Shown in pieces: positions 13,471-25,262 of a DNA stretch of 64,000 nt. The position numbers and the translations under genes were made by a program. The stretch comes from Eledone cirrhosa (Eukaryota): positions 1,240,001-1,304,000 of the forward strand of contig OZ024766.1 in NCBI GenBank assembly GCA_964016885.1, read 5' to 3'. The notes below the pieces were generated by a model. The model made no database searches. It was not told where the DNA came from and worked only from the letters and a program-made list of their open reading frames with translations. Each line of letters starts with the position of its first letter. Position 1 is the first letter of the stretch.

Positions 13471-13692
13471 CGCATATCTACTGGGATTTCTTGGCACTTC
13501 TTCACCCAGCAGTCATCCTCCATGTGCATCACATGTCCATACCAACGCAGTCTTCTCTCCCGTACACTACAACTCATCCCTCTTATACAGTTTCTCTCAT
13601 CCATGCTTGGTGGTTCACATATATTGACATTGCACATCCAGCAGAGCATGATTGCTTCATTTCTCTCCAGTTGTCGCATATCCTCTGCTGTA
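13470..13692 (-). mobile_element. RTE-clade LINE C-terminal fragment
   Basis: MRQLERNEAIMLCWMC...ERRLRWYGHVMHMEDDCWVKKC is typical of the RTE ORF end. Confidence 0.85.
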
Positions 13693-13875
13693 TATATATA
13701 TATAAAATTGATAAATACATTATATATTTACTCACATAATTATCAAATTATTATAATTAACCATATACATTAGTAGCTTATAATATACTACAATACAATA
13801 CATTTTTTTATATAACCAATTTAATCAGATTTACATTCTTAAAATGTATGTAAAAATATATGTATAGTTACTTAT

Positions 13876-14210
13876 GGAAGCACATGGCTTAGTGGTGAGC
13901 GCATTGGGCTTGCAATCGAAAGGTTGTGAGTTCAATTCTCAGACCGAGTGATGTGTTGTTTCCTTGAGCAAGACACTATTTCACATTGCTCCAGTTTACT
14001 CAGCTGTAGAAATGAGATGATAGGACTGTCGTCCCTATCATTCCACTGCAAAGTGGTCGTGGAGGTGCCACGGCAAAAAAGCACCCAGCCCACACTGTAA
14101 ATGAGGTTGGCGTTAGGAAGGGCATCCAGCTGTAGAAATCAAGTCAGAATCAGTTCCCGTCCCACCCTTGCAAGCAGGGAAAAGCAGACGTATGATGATG
14201 ATGGTGATGA
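13876..14210 (+). mobile_element. tRNA-derived SINE A with (GAT)n tail
   Basis: A box TGGCTTAGTGG, B box GAGTTCAATTC; a second long copy at 52725-53110. Confidence 0.85.
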
Positions 14211-14232
14211 TTACGTGATTTTTTCTATGCTC

Positions 14233-14296
<64 letters not shown>

Positions 14297-14302
<6 letters not shown>

Positions 14303-14895
14303 TGCCGAATTGGTTCTTCCCTTAATTTAAGACGTTAAAAGTCAGTTGGCCGCTATTTCTAGCACATCAAGTAACAAGGTAAGAGACAGCCTCGTTCATA
14401 CTTAATAGTTTATTTCACTGGGTGGTGTTGTTTGTTTTACCGGGTGTTGTGAATTGATATAACTGAAGGTATTAAATTATATCAGGGACTTGTAACATAC
14501 GACACCGGTGTCAAGGGGAGTGAAGTATTACCAACGACACCGAGTATCTGGCATGTTAATTATAACTTTAATTAATCTAATTATATCTTGTGTGGTAATT
14601 ATCTCATGTTAAGGTGAAAGTTAATATTCTGTAGATAACATAGAGTGAGCTACATGTTCCAGGGTAGGTGTTCCATCTCCTACATGATTAAATATTTCAT
14701 TTTATGAGAAACTACGCTACATCGTGAATTGGTTGTTCCACATTTTACAGGACAGTGAGAAATAGGCTTATATCACCAACATCTGAACAATTAGCTTTCC
14801 TGGTCTTTCTTGACTTTACACTTGGACTTGAAATATAAAGTACGTATTATTTGTATTGTTAACACAGCAGATAGTGTGTACTTTTTCTACAGTCC
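14297..14895 (+). promoter_or_regulatory. Shared upstream/5' UTR block of the inverted ZNF pair (inverse of 21310-21910)
   Basis: Near-identical reverse complement, bounded by (TA)n in both copies; includes AAG|GTAAGA (~14378) and ttttacag| (~14750). The regulatory role is inferred from position. Confidence 0.55.
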
Positions 14896-15386
14896 GTGGT
14901 GAACAATCCTGGTTTATTAGGTCAACACACGTATACAGAAATAAACACACGATCATATATTCTGCCACCTCATCCCGAATATATACACACACACACATTC
15001 TTTCCGGTCATCAGTCTCATACTGTCATGTCTATTCTTACTTTACAGTTGTGTCAACTGAGAGTTCCATTATAATCTGTAGAAGAACGACTTTGACCAGA
15101 ACATCTGCTATCGGTCATTTATAGACAAAACATCTTGTTTTAGACTACATAGCATCCATTAACTATAGCCACCTTTCTTAACAAAGAAATAGAAGTATTT
15201 TTCTCTACAACAATATATATGTAGCACTTGGAGAGGACTCACTTTGCTACAAGAATTTTATTGGTATGTAGAAAATATATCTACATTGCATATTTTCCAC
15301 ACGTGTAAATAGTCCTACGATATCTAAGACAAGAAACTGAACTGTAACATATAAACAGATATTTCCCAACTTCTTCAAGAATTACT

Positions 15387-16688
15387 ATGGAAGACGTTAA
15401 ACACTCGGACATTTCTAACACATCTGTTTCTACCAATATAGATACAGTTACACAGACATACAGTGGTGAGATGGACATTTCTAAAACACCTGTTTCTACC
15501 AATATAGATACAGTTACGCAGACATACAGTGGTGAGCTGGACATTTCTACCACACCTGTTTCTACCAATATAGATACAGTTACACAGACATACAGTGATG
15601 AGAAACCTTTACCTAGTGAAACATGTACTGAACAAGGATCTTTACACAGAAATATTCCTGAATATAGCTGTGAGATTTGTAGGAAAACTTTCTCTTCAGA
15701 AGATGAATTATCCACACACAAAGGCTCACACACTAAAGACAAACCCTTCCAATGTCAAATATGTGAAAAATCTTTCACTGCGAAATCGCATCTCATTTAC
15801 CACATTCGAAGTCACACCGGAGAAAAACCTTTCCACTGTGAAATATGTGGGAAATCTTTTGTCAACAGCAATGACTTAAGAAAACATGTAAGAATCCATA
15901 CTGGAGAGAAACCCTACCATTGTGAAATATGTGGGAAGTCTTTTGGCCATAATAGTCATTTGTCTACACATATACGGATACACACAGGAGAGAAACCTTA
16001 TCACTGTGAAATATGTGCGAAATCTTTCACTCAGTACTCCAACCTTATTACACATCTACGTAGACACACTGGGGAGAAACCTTTCCACTGTGAACTATGT
16101 GGAAAAACTTTCGTTGAAAATGCTTGTCTTCTAGTCCACAAACGAACACACAGTGGTGAGAAACCTTACCATTGTGAAATATGTGGGAAATCCTTTGTTA
16201 AAAACGATTATCTAATTGTACACAAGAGAACACATACAGGAGAGAAACCATTTCATTGTGAAACTTGTGGGAAATCTTTTACTTCAAATTCTAATATTGT
16301 TCGTCACATTCGTAGCCACACAGGAGAGAAACCGTTTCACTGTGAAATATGTGGGAAATCTTTTCTTACAAGTAGCCACTTAAGCAGACATAAAAAATCA
16401 CACACCGGAGAAAGATCTTACCACTGTGAAATATGTGGTAAATCATTTGTCTCAAACAGTGATTTATCACGACACAACCGAATACATACTGGAGAAAAAC
16501 CTTATCATTGCGATGTCTGTGGAAAATCTTTCTCTGTAGATTCTCATCTAATTACCCACAAACGTTGTCATACCGGTGAAAAACCCTACCACTGTGAAAT
16601 ATGTGGGAAATCTTTTGTCTGTAGCAGTCACTTAAGTCGACACAAGCGAATACATACAAAACGACAGTCTCTTTACTGTGAAACCTGA
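15387..16688 (+). CDS. C2H2 zinc-finger protein, 12 fingers, N-terminal 3 x 21-aa T/S-rich repeat
   Basis: 433-aa ATG-initiated ORF; repeat [21 protein letters not shown]; AATAAA at ~17218. Confidence 0.9.
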   Translation: MEDVKHSDISNTSVSTNIDTVTQTYSGEMDISKTPVSTNIDTVTQTYSGELDISTTPVSTNIDTVTQTYSDEKPLPSETCTEQGSLHRNIPEYSCEICRKTFSSEDELSTHKGSHTKDKPFQCQICEKSFTAKSHLIYHIRSHTGEKPFHCEICGKSFVNSNDLRKHVRIHTGEKPYHCEICGKSFGHNSHLSTHIRIHTGEKPYHCEICAKSFTQYSNLITHLRRHTGEKPFHCELCGKTFVENACLLVHKRTHSGEKPYHCEICGKSFVKNDYLIVHKRTHTGEKPFHCETCGKSFTSNSNIVRHIRSHTGEKPFHCEICGKSFLTSSHLSRHKKSHTGERSYHCEICGKSFVSNSDLSRHNRIHTGEKPYHCDVCGKSFSVDSHLITHKRCHTGEKPYHCEICGKSFVCSSHLSRHKRIHTKRQSLYCET

Positions 16689-16749
16689 GACGTTACCTCT
16701 TCAAAATCTCAACTTTTTTTTCCTTCAACTTCGTAAAGGAACCCACAAC

Positions 16750-17140
16750 CCTGTAGCGAGACAGGACAGAACTATTTTATTGGTGTGGTGTAATTTGGCC
16801 ATACTTGGTGAATTTCCATCCCTGTAATGACAGGACATAACTATTTTATTGGTGTAATTTGGCCATACTTGGTCAATCTCCAATCCTGTAATGACAGGAC
16901 ATAACTATTTTATTGGTGTAATTTGGCCATACTTGGTCAATCTCCAGCCCTGTAATGACAGGACATAACTATTTTATTGGTGTAATTTGGCCATACTTGG
17001 TCAATCTCCAACCCATAACTATTTTATTGGTGTAATTTGGCCATACTTGGTCAATCTCCAGCCCTGTAATGACAGGACATAACTATTTTATTGGTGTAAT
17101 TTGGCCATACTTGGTCAATCTCCAGCCCTGTAATGACGGA
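16750..17140. repeat. 64-bp minisatellite (~6 copies) in the putative 3' UTR
   Basis: cctgtaatgacaggacataactattttattggtgtaatttggccatacttggtcaatctcca at 16821, 16885, 16949 and onward. Confidence 0.9.
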
Positions 17141-17448
17141 ACATTTATTTTGCTGACATCTACACAAAAAAAACCCAACTTTTACTGCATACATTTTGTA
17201 AATGTACAAACAATCAAAATAAATTATTTTTATATAAAATAAAACTATGCCTTCCTTTCTATAATTTTCGATACATATAAAACAATAGGTTTTAGCAAAG
17301 AAGTAGCGTTAGAGAAATAAATAGGAGGGGGAGCTGGTAGATAAGTTAGACGAGGATAAGGGACACAACCACACGGATATGGTCCAAACTCCCACTGTCA
17401 TCGCCTCCATCTCTCTCGTCCTCCCCAACCTCTATCTTCTTAAAGGTT

Positions 17449-17780
17449 ATAATTGTTTCTACTTTTGGCACAAGGCCAGCAAATACCCAGTACATTACTG
17501 GTACTTTATTTTATCGACCCCGTAAGGATGAAAGGCAAAGTTAACCTTGGAGGGATTTGAACTCAGTTTATAAAATATAATAATAATAATTGTTTCTACT
17601 TTTGGCACAAGGCCAGCAATTACCCCAGTGTATTACCGGTACTTTATTTTATCGATCTCTGTAAGATTGAAAGGCAAAGTTAACCTCGGCGGGATTTGAA
17701 CTCAGATCATAAAGGGACGCAACTCTTTGCTTGAAAGCATGGCGTCTGGCGCTCTACCGATTCTGCCAATCCACCACCTA
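17449..17780 (-). mobile_element. Two SINE B copies
   Basis: Same core and B box as 3188-3745. Confidence 0.8.
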
Positions 17781-17889
17781 AAGTGTATAATGACCGCTAA
17801 GGCAGTTTTCCAGAATCTATGTATCTTTTATTTCAAAGTATCTTTATTTACAGAAATATTTATATAAGTGAGAAATTAGGAATAAGAGG

Positions 17890-18145
17890 GATCAGATGCT
17901 GTTTACTTGAGAGACGACTACGTTGATACGGTCACGTGATGTGCATGAAAGACGACAGCTGTATAAAAAAGTGCAGGGTGATCAAAATTGATGGAAGTTA
18001 CGGAGTAGGTAGACCCAGAAAAACCTTGGAAAATTTGATAAATTCCAACCTTACACACTTGCACCTCTTTAAGACAATGTCATTGGACCGAGATCTTTGG
18101 CACTACGCAGTAATACAGAAGACACGCCTTGCCTATGTACAAAGT
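17890..18145 (+). mobile_element. RTE LINE 3' end fragment
   Basis: RRLR*YGHVMCMKDDSCIKKCRVIKIDGSYGVGRPRKT. Confidence 0.8.
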
Positions 18146-18269
18146 TAACCTACAGTCAGTAGACCCCTCTTAACCAAATATACACCCAAACCCACTACCC
18201 CGACACCATCCTCCCACCAACACCACCCTTTCTCTGTAAAGTTGTTAGTACCACAACATCCAATCCAAA

Positions 18270-18545
18270 CTAAAGTGGTCATGTAGGTGTCACAACAACA
18301 AGTACCCAGTCCACACTGTAAAGTGGTCATGTAGGTGTCACAACAAAAAGCACCCAGTCCACACTGTAAAGTGGTCTTGTAGGTGTCACAGTAAAAAGCA
18401 ACTAGTCCACACTGTAAAGAGGTTGTGTAGGTGACAACAAAAGGTACCCACTCCACACTGTAAAGTGGTTGTGTAGGTGACACAACAAAAGGTACCCAGT
18501 CCACACTGTAAAGTGGTCATGTAGGTGTCACAACAAAAAGTACCG
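18270..18545. repeat. ~48 bp minisatellite derived from SINE A
   Basis: aaagtggtcatgtaggtgtcacaacaaaaagcacccagtccacactgt x5-6; matches SINE A at 14045-14100. Confidence 0.85.
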
Positions 18546-18933
18546 TCCTCACGGTCTTGTATCAGATATTTTAGAGGGTAACACCAACATTCCCTACTGA
18601 AGTGTGTTAGAGAAGGACCCTCTCTCACCTAATATAATATGTTTTGTCTTTTCTCAAAAACTTTCAGGAGCCAACTCGGTAATATTATTTTCATACTTTA
18701 TTAATCCTTTAGTTACTAACCTGGTGAAAACCACCCGGTTTAAAGAGTCCTCCTTATGATTAAACTCTTCCAACATAATTTTATATAAGAACCTTACATT
18801 AGGTTACTATCTTAGTAATGAAATAATTAATTTTATTAAATCCCTCAAAATGTTTCATTAATTAATTGAAATACAGGGTTCCTATTTAAATTAAAATCTT
18901 CCAACATAATTTTATATAAGAACCTTACATTAA

Positions 18934-19502
18934 CCCTTTAACATTTACATTACTCTATATATACTATTGTATGTTCACAGTAAAGGCTTTACCTCACATA
19001 ACATTTACATTACTCTATATATACTATTGTATTTTCACAGTAAAGGCTTTACCTCACATAACATTTACATTACTCTATATATACTATTGTATTTTCACAG
19101 TAAAGGCTTTATCTTACATAATATCTCGCATAACATTTACATTACTCTATATATACTATTGTATTGTCACAGGAAAGGCTTTACCTCACATAACATTTAC
19201 ATTACTCCATATATACTGTATTTTCACAGTAAAGACTTACCTCACATAACATTTACATTACTCTGTATATACTATTGTATTTTCACAATAAAGGCTTTAC
19301 CTCACAACATTTACATTACTCTCTATATACTCTTGTATTTTCATGATAAACACTTTATTTCACACAAAACCTCACATAATATTGAATCTACGAGATTTTG
19401 AAATTATTTATTTTGAGAACAATACCTTAACATAGATATAAGTAGCCAGTTATGATCAGTTTGAACAGAAAGAAGTGAAATAATTCTGGCCAGTTTAAAG
19501 GG
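18934..19502. mobile_element. piggyBac-type MITE with internal 60-bp tandem array
   Basis: TTAA (18930-33) CCCTTTA ... TAAAGGG TTAA (19503-06); internal unit aacatttacattactctatatatactattgtattttcacagtaaaggctttacctcacat x~7. Confidence 0.8.
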
Positions 19503-19514
19503 TTAAGGATGTCT

Positions 19515-19918
19515 CATATTTCACAGTTAAAATGTTTTCCTCCAATGTGTGTTTGTGTTTATTTAAGTTACGATTAGAGAAGAAAGATTTCCCATATATT
19601 TCACAATGAAAGGGTTTCTCTCCAGTGTGACTATGTATGTGTCTAAGAAGACAGGTTTCTCAGTGAAAGATTTTCCACATATTTCAGTGATAGGGTTTCT
19701 CTCCAGTATGTGTTCTTTTGTGAAATAGAAGTTTAGTATTTTCAGTGAAAGATTTCCCACATATTTCACAATGATAGGGTTTCTCTCCAGTATGTGTTCT
19801 CTTGTGTCTAGCTTGTGACAAAAGATTTCCCACATATTTCGCAGTGATAGGGTTTCTCTCCAGTGTGACTACGTGTCTAAGAAGACTAAGTTTCTCAGTG
19901 AAAGATTTCCCACATATT
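19515..19918 (-). pseudogene. About 5 decayed zinc fingers downstream of the stop of the minus-strand ZNF
   Basis: Finger DNA (ggagagaaaccctatcattgtgaaatatgtgggaaatct) continues with several small deletions and frameshifts. Confidence 0.85.
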
Positions 19919-21232
19919 TCACAATGATAGAGTTTTTTCTCCAGTGTGAGTTCTTTTGTGTTCAGTTAGTTTACTGGTTCTGACAAAAGATTTCCCACAA
20001 ATCTCGCATTGGAAGGGTTTTTCTCCAGTATGACCCCGTTTGTGGTTGATAAGAGTTGAATTAGCAGAGAAGGATTTTCCACATATTTCACAGTGGAAAG
20101 GTTTTTCTCCAGTGTGAACACGTATGTGGCTAACCAGATTAACATTCGAAGTGAAAGATTTCCCACATCTTTCACAATGAAAATGTCTATCTCCAGTGTG
20201 TATTCTTCTATGTTTTGTTAACGCACTACTGTCGATAAACGATTTTTGACATAATTCACACGTATATGGTTTTTCTCCAGTGTGTATTCTTTTGTGTTTC
20301 TTCAAATCCCCCTTAACAGCAAAAAATTTCCCACATATTTCACATTGATAAGGTTTTTCTCCTGTGTGTGTCCTTTTGTGTTTAGTTAAATCACAGGTTT
20401 TAACAAAAGATAGTCCACATATTTCACAGTGGAAGGGTTTTTCTCCTGTGTGAGTTCGTATGTGTAAAACAAGATTACCACTCCGAGGAAAAGATTTCCC
20501 ACATATTTCACAGTGGAAGGGTTTCTCTCCCGTGTGACTACGTATATGTAAAACAAGGTTAGAACTCTGAGGGAACGATTTCCCACATATTTCACAGTGG
20601 AAGGGTTTCTCTCTCGTGTGTGTCATTTTATGCCTGTTTAATTGACTATTAGTGAGAAAATATTTTCCACATATTTCACAATGGAAGGGTTTTTCTCCAG
20701 TGTGACCACGAATATGGACAACTAGAAGATATTTACAAGTGAAACATTTCCCAAATATTTCACAATGAAATGGTTTCTCTCCTGTGTGACTTCGTATATG
20801 GATAACAAGGTGAGATTTTTTAGTGAAAGATTTCCCACATATTTCACATTTGAAAGGTTTCTCTCCAGTGTGGCTACGTATGTGCCTACCAAGACAATTT
20901 TTCCGAGTGAAAGATTTCCCACATATTTCACATTGGAAGGGTTTGTCTTTAGTGTGTGTGCCTTTGTGTGTGGATAATTCATCTTCTGAAGAGAAAGTTT
21001 TCCTACAAATCTCACAGCTATATTCAGGAATATTTCTGTGTAAAGATCCTTGTTCAGTACATGTTTCACTAGGTAAAGGTTTCTCATCACTGTATGTCTG
21101 TGTAACTGTATCTATATTGGTAGAAACAGGTGTGGTAGAAATGTCCATCTCACCACTGTATGTCTGTGTAACTGTATCTATATTGGTAGAAACAGGTGTG
21201 GTATAAATGTCTAAGTGTTTAATGTACTCCAT
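19919..21232 (-). CDS. C2H2 zinc-finger protein, 13 fingers (finger 4 has Cys->Phe), N-terminal 2 x 21-aa repeat
   Basis: ATG at 21232 (MEYIKHLDI) aligns with paralog start MEDVKHSDI; ends through an A-run frameshift (TGEKTLSL*). Confidence 0.88.
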   Translation of the reverse strand: MEYIKHLDIYTTPVSTNIDTVTQTYSGEMDISTTPVSTNIDTVTQTYSDEKPLPSETCTEQGSLHRNIPEYSCEICRKTFSSEDELSTHKGTHTKDKPFQCEICGKSFTRKNCLGRHIRSHTGEKPFKCEICGKSFTKKSHLVIHIRSHTGEKPFHCEIFGKCFTCKYLLVVHIRGHTGEKPFHCEICGKYFLTNSQLNRHKMTHTREKPFHCEICGKSFPQSSNLVLHIRSHTGEKPFHCEICGKSFPRSGNLVLHIRTHTGEKPFHCEICGLSFVKTCDLTKHKRTHTGEKPYQCEICGKFFAVKGDLKKHKRIHTGEKPYTCELCQKSFIDSSALTKHRRIHTGDRHFHCERCGKSFTSNVNLVSHIRVHTGEKPFHCEICGKSFSANSTLINHKRGHTGEKPFQCEICGKSFVRTSKLTEHKRTHTGEKTLSL

Positions 21233-21309
21233 ATTATATATATATATACAGGTGTCCAAGAAATTATTAATTGTATGACTGCGTGCGTGTAGTCTTAATA
21301 ATTGTTCAC

Positions 21310-21910
21310 CACGGAGTGTAAAGAAGTACACAATATCTGCTGTGTTAACAATACAAATAATACGTATTTTATATTTCAAGTCCAAATGTAAAGTCAAGAA
21401 AGACCAGGAAAGCTAATTGTTCAGATGTTGGTGATTTAAACCTATTTCTCACTGTCCTGTAAAATGTGGAACAACCAATTCACGATGTAGCGTAGTTTCT
21501 CATGAAATGAAATATTTAATCATGTAGGAGATGGAACACCTACCCTGGAACATGTAGCTCACTCTATGTTATCTACAGAATATTAACTTTCACCTTAACA
21601 TGAGATAATTACCACACAAGATATAATTAGATTAATTAAAGTTATAATTAACATGCCAGATACTCGGTGTCGTTGGTAATACTTCACTCCCCTTGACACC
21701 GGTGTCGTACGTTAAAAGTCCCTGATATAATTTAATACCTTCAGTTATATCAATTCACAACACCCGGTAAAACAAACAACACCACCCAGTGAAATAAACT
21801 ATTAAGTATGAACGAGGCTGTCTCTTACCTTGTTACTTGATGTGCTAGAAATAGCGGCCAACTGACTTTTAACGTCTTAAATTAAGGGAAGAACCGATTC
21901 AGCAGTGTAC
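21310..21910 (-). promoter_or_regulatory. Inverted copy of 14297-14895
   Basis: Direct reverse-complement match; regulatory role inferred. Confidence 0.55.
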
Positions 21911-22599
21911 ATATATATATATATATATATTAGAAAAATGGAGTGCTGCGTGGTTGCACATAGGTTACATATGAATAAAATTAGTCCTTCATCAGTGATC
22001 TTCCAACCTTCATTGGTATTTCATCGCTTTAAAAATCATATTCCTCTGGTTGGTGCGAGCAATAACTAAATAAAGTTATTGGGACAAGTAAAATAGGGTG
22101 AAGCTAGCGAGACATGTAAACAAACAAAGATGGTATTGCAACGGAAAGATAGGAAGAGACAAGTACATGATATCGATAAGCTTAAGCTTGGTGAAATCAT
22201 GGACGAGAGATATAGACCATCCGACCTGGGTGCGATGTTAGCAAGAAAAGGATTTCACACAGGTCAAACGGGAGGAAGTGAGAGAGGGGGAGAAGAAGAG
22301 AGTGAGTGAGTGAATGGAAGTGTGAGGAAGAAGCCAGCTGAGAGAGATTGTGACTAGCAGAGGGCGGTGAAAAGAAGGAGAGAGGGGGGAAGCAGTAAGA
22401 AAGAAACAGACAAGTCGCAGGTGAGGAAAAAATATAAGTATCATCATCATCATTTTACGTCCGCTATTCCCTATATTTATATATATATATTAAATGGAAA
22501 AAATGAAACGAAATTTCATTTCTCACTCTTAGTCCAACAGGACAACCCGTCTAACCCATGCTAGCGTGGAAGAACAGACATAAAACGGTGATGATGATG

Positions 22600-22600
22600 A

Positions 22601-22657
<57 letters not shown>

Positions 22658-22681
22658 ATAAATATATATGTATATATATAT

Positions 22682-22713
<32 letters not shown>

Positions 22714-22892
22714 ATATATATATATATGTATGTGTATATATATATATATATGTATGTATATATATATATATATATGTATGTATATATATATATATATGTA
22801 TGTATATATATATATATATGTATGTATATATATATATATGTATGTATATATATATATATATATGTATGTATATATATATATATATATGTATG

Positions 22893-22930
<38 letters not shown>

Positions 22931-22934
22931 TATG

Positions 22935-23004
<70 letters not shown>

Positions 23005-23242
23005 TATGTATGTATATATATATATATGTATGTATATATATATATATGTATGTATATATATATATATGTATGTATATATATATATATGTATGTATATATA
23101 TATATATGTATGTATATATATATATGTATGTATATATATATATGTATGTATATATATATATGTATATATATATATATGTATATATATATGTATGTATATA
23201 TGTATGTATATATATGTATATATATATATATGTATATATATG

Positions 23243-23301
<59 letters not shown>

Positions 23302-23306
23302 GTATG

Positions 23307-23342
<36 letters not shown>

Positions 23343-23376
23343 TGTATGTATATATATATGTATGTATATATATATG

Positions 23377-23415
<39 letters not shown>

Positions 23416-23447
23416 GTATGTATATATATATATATATATATGTATAT
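22600..23447. repeat. (TA)n/(TATG)n microsatellite after an RTE-type tail; representative of many tracts between 22 and 64 kb
   Basis: Directly visible; the tail acccgtctaacccatgctagcgtggaa..(GAT)n is also at 43680 (minus), 46005 and 63790. Confidence 0.97.
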
Positions 23448-23562
23448 GTTTTTAATCATTTTCTAACCCAGAAAAAAAGAGAGACAGAAACAAAAAAAGG
23501 AAAAAAATATATTGTTCTTCCTAATAATCGTCTCTTTCTCCCTGTTTTCATATATCTATCTA

Positions 23563-23623
<61 letters not shown>

Positions 23624-24062
23624 CAAGAAGAAGAAGAATATGGCTGAAAATATGTACATTATTTACTCGAATATAACTCTAAATCAAGGCAGTGGCCCAG
23701 CATGGCCGCAGTCTATGTGGAAATCAAATAAATATTTTTTTAAAAAAATTGACAAGAGAAGATAACTCTACATATTAAAAATATTCCACGGGAGATAAGT
23801 CATTTATATAAAAGCTTTCAGACGACCAAAATGCCGTCGAGATTGTTTCAAAAGCTTATGACGTCACAATTGTAGAATTTCACGGTTTCGTTTCTTTGGT
23901 GGCATTTTGTGCTTCAAATCAATCACAGACGAACATTTCAATTTAGTTATTGATCTATTGGTTCCAATGTCACTATATACTCGCGTATAAGTCGGATTCA
24001 GCGGAAAAACGACGTGAAAAGAAACTAACGAATATACCGGGTGAGTTAGCTGCCAAACATAT

Positions 24063-24147
<85 letters not shown>

Positions 24148-24242
24148 AACACACCATGTCGTCAGACCTTTGTATTGGAATGATATGAAAATATTTTACA
24201 CACTAGATAAAAGATAAAGAAGGAGGTATGTATGTATATATG

Positions 24243-24276
<34 letters not shown>

Positions 24277-24301
24277 TATATATACACATATATATATACA
24301 C

Positions 24302-24341
<40 letters not shown>

Positions 24342-24342
<1 letters not shown>

Positions 24343-25060
24343 TATCACGATAAATTAACGGAGCTATAGGCCCTCGCTATTCCCTGTAAATAATGTGCTC
24401 AAAGGAGAAGAAATCCTGAGCTCTTTAAAATACAATATGTTGAAAAGGTAACACACCTGAGAGAGATATCAGTGCGCTATCAATAAAACAGGGAAAAGAA
24501 CCACCAGTGTATGGAATCTATAACCTATGAAAGGCAGACTATAGACACGATAATTAAAAATATAAATTAAAGCGTAAATAAATACCTTTATAACTATATA
24601 ACACACGTACAAATCCAAAGATATGTTTCACCAGTAATTTGTTGAAAGAAATGGATTAACCTCGGTTCATCAGCGTGTGTAAGGCTATACATTTCAGACA
24701 ACACGAAGAGAATTTTAAAAGTGACTGTCCAGCTACACGTGGGAGAGAGAAGTCACAGCGTGTTTAAGGGCAGTGAGCCAGTGGCCTCTGAGGGACGAAC
24801 TGCTAGAAAGGGCATCCCAAACCCACTTAGAGAAGTGTGCTCAACCAAACAGAGAGATAGGAAAGACTGTTATAAGGAGCGAAATATCACGATAAATTAA
24901 CGGAGCCATAGGCCCTCGCTATTCCCTGTAAATAATGTGCTCAAAGGAGAGGAAATCCTGAGCTCTTTACACTGGTGGAGCACCATACACTGGTGGTTCT
25001 TTTCCCCGATTTATTGATAGCGCACTGTATATCTCTCTCTGGTGTGTTACCTTTTAAACA
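24342..25060 (-). mobile_element. Penelope-like remnant with direct and inverted terminal repeats
   Basis: 24342-24426 is repeated directly at 24885-24969; 24443-24514 is inverted at 24982-25054; hammerhead between them. Confidence 0.65.
24602..24679 (-). ncRNA. Type I hammerhead ribozyme motif
   Basis: CACACG-CTGATGA-ACC...GGT-GAAACA-tatctttggatt-TGTA-CGTGTG: 6-bp stem I, closed stems II and III, GUA cleavage triplet. Confidence 0.85.
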
Positions 25061-25262
25061 TATTATATACACATATATATATACATATATATATACACAT
25101 ATATATATACATATATATATACACACATATATACACATATATATATATATATACACACATATATACACATATATATATACATATATATACACGCATATAT
25201 ACACATATATATACACGCATATATACACACGCATATATACACATATATATATACATATATAT

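Noticed and set aside
13876-13950. tRNA gene (also 52725)
   Set aside because: A and B boxes are present but it continues into a dispersed repeat body and tail, so it is a SINE head.
60-21206. Short alternate-frame and antisense ORFs over the ZNF genes
   Set aside because: Shadows of the 84-bp finger periodicity.
21233-21397. N-terminal extension of the minus-strand ZNF ORF in the ORF track
   Set aside because: Non-ATG start; the paralog alignment supports ATG 21232.
21940-22000. Lone CTGATGA (minus 21989-21995; also plus 53238-53244) as a hammerhead or snoRNA box
   Set aside because: No properly placed GAAA or closing stems.
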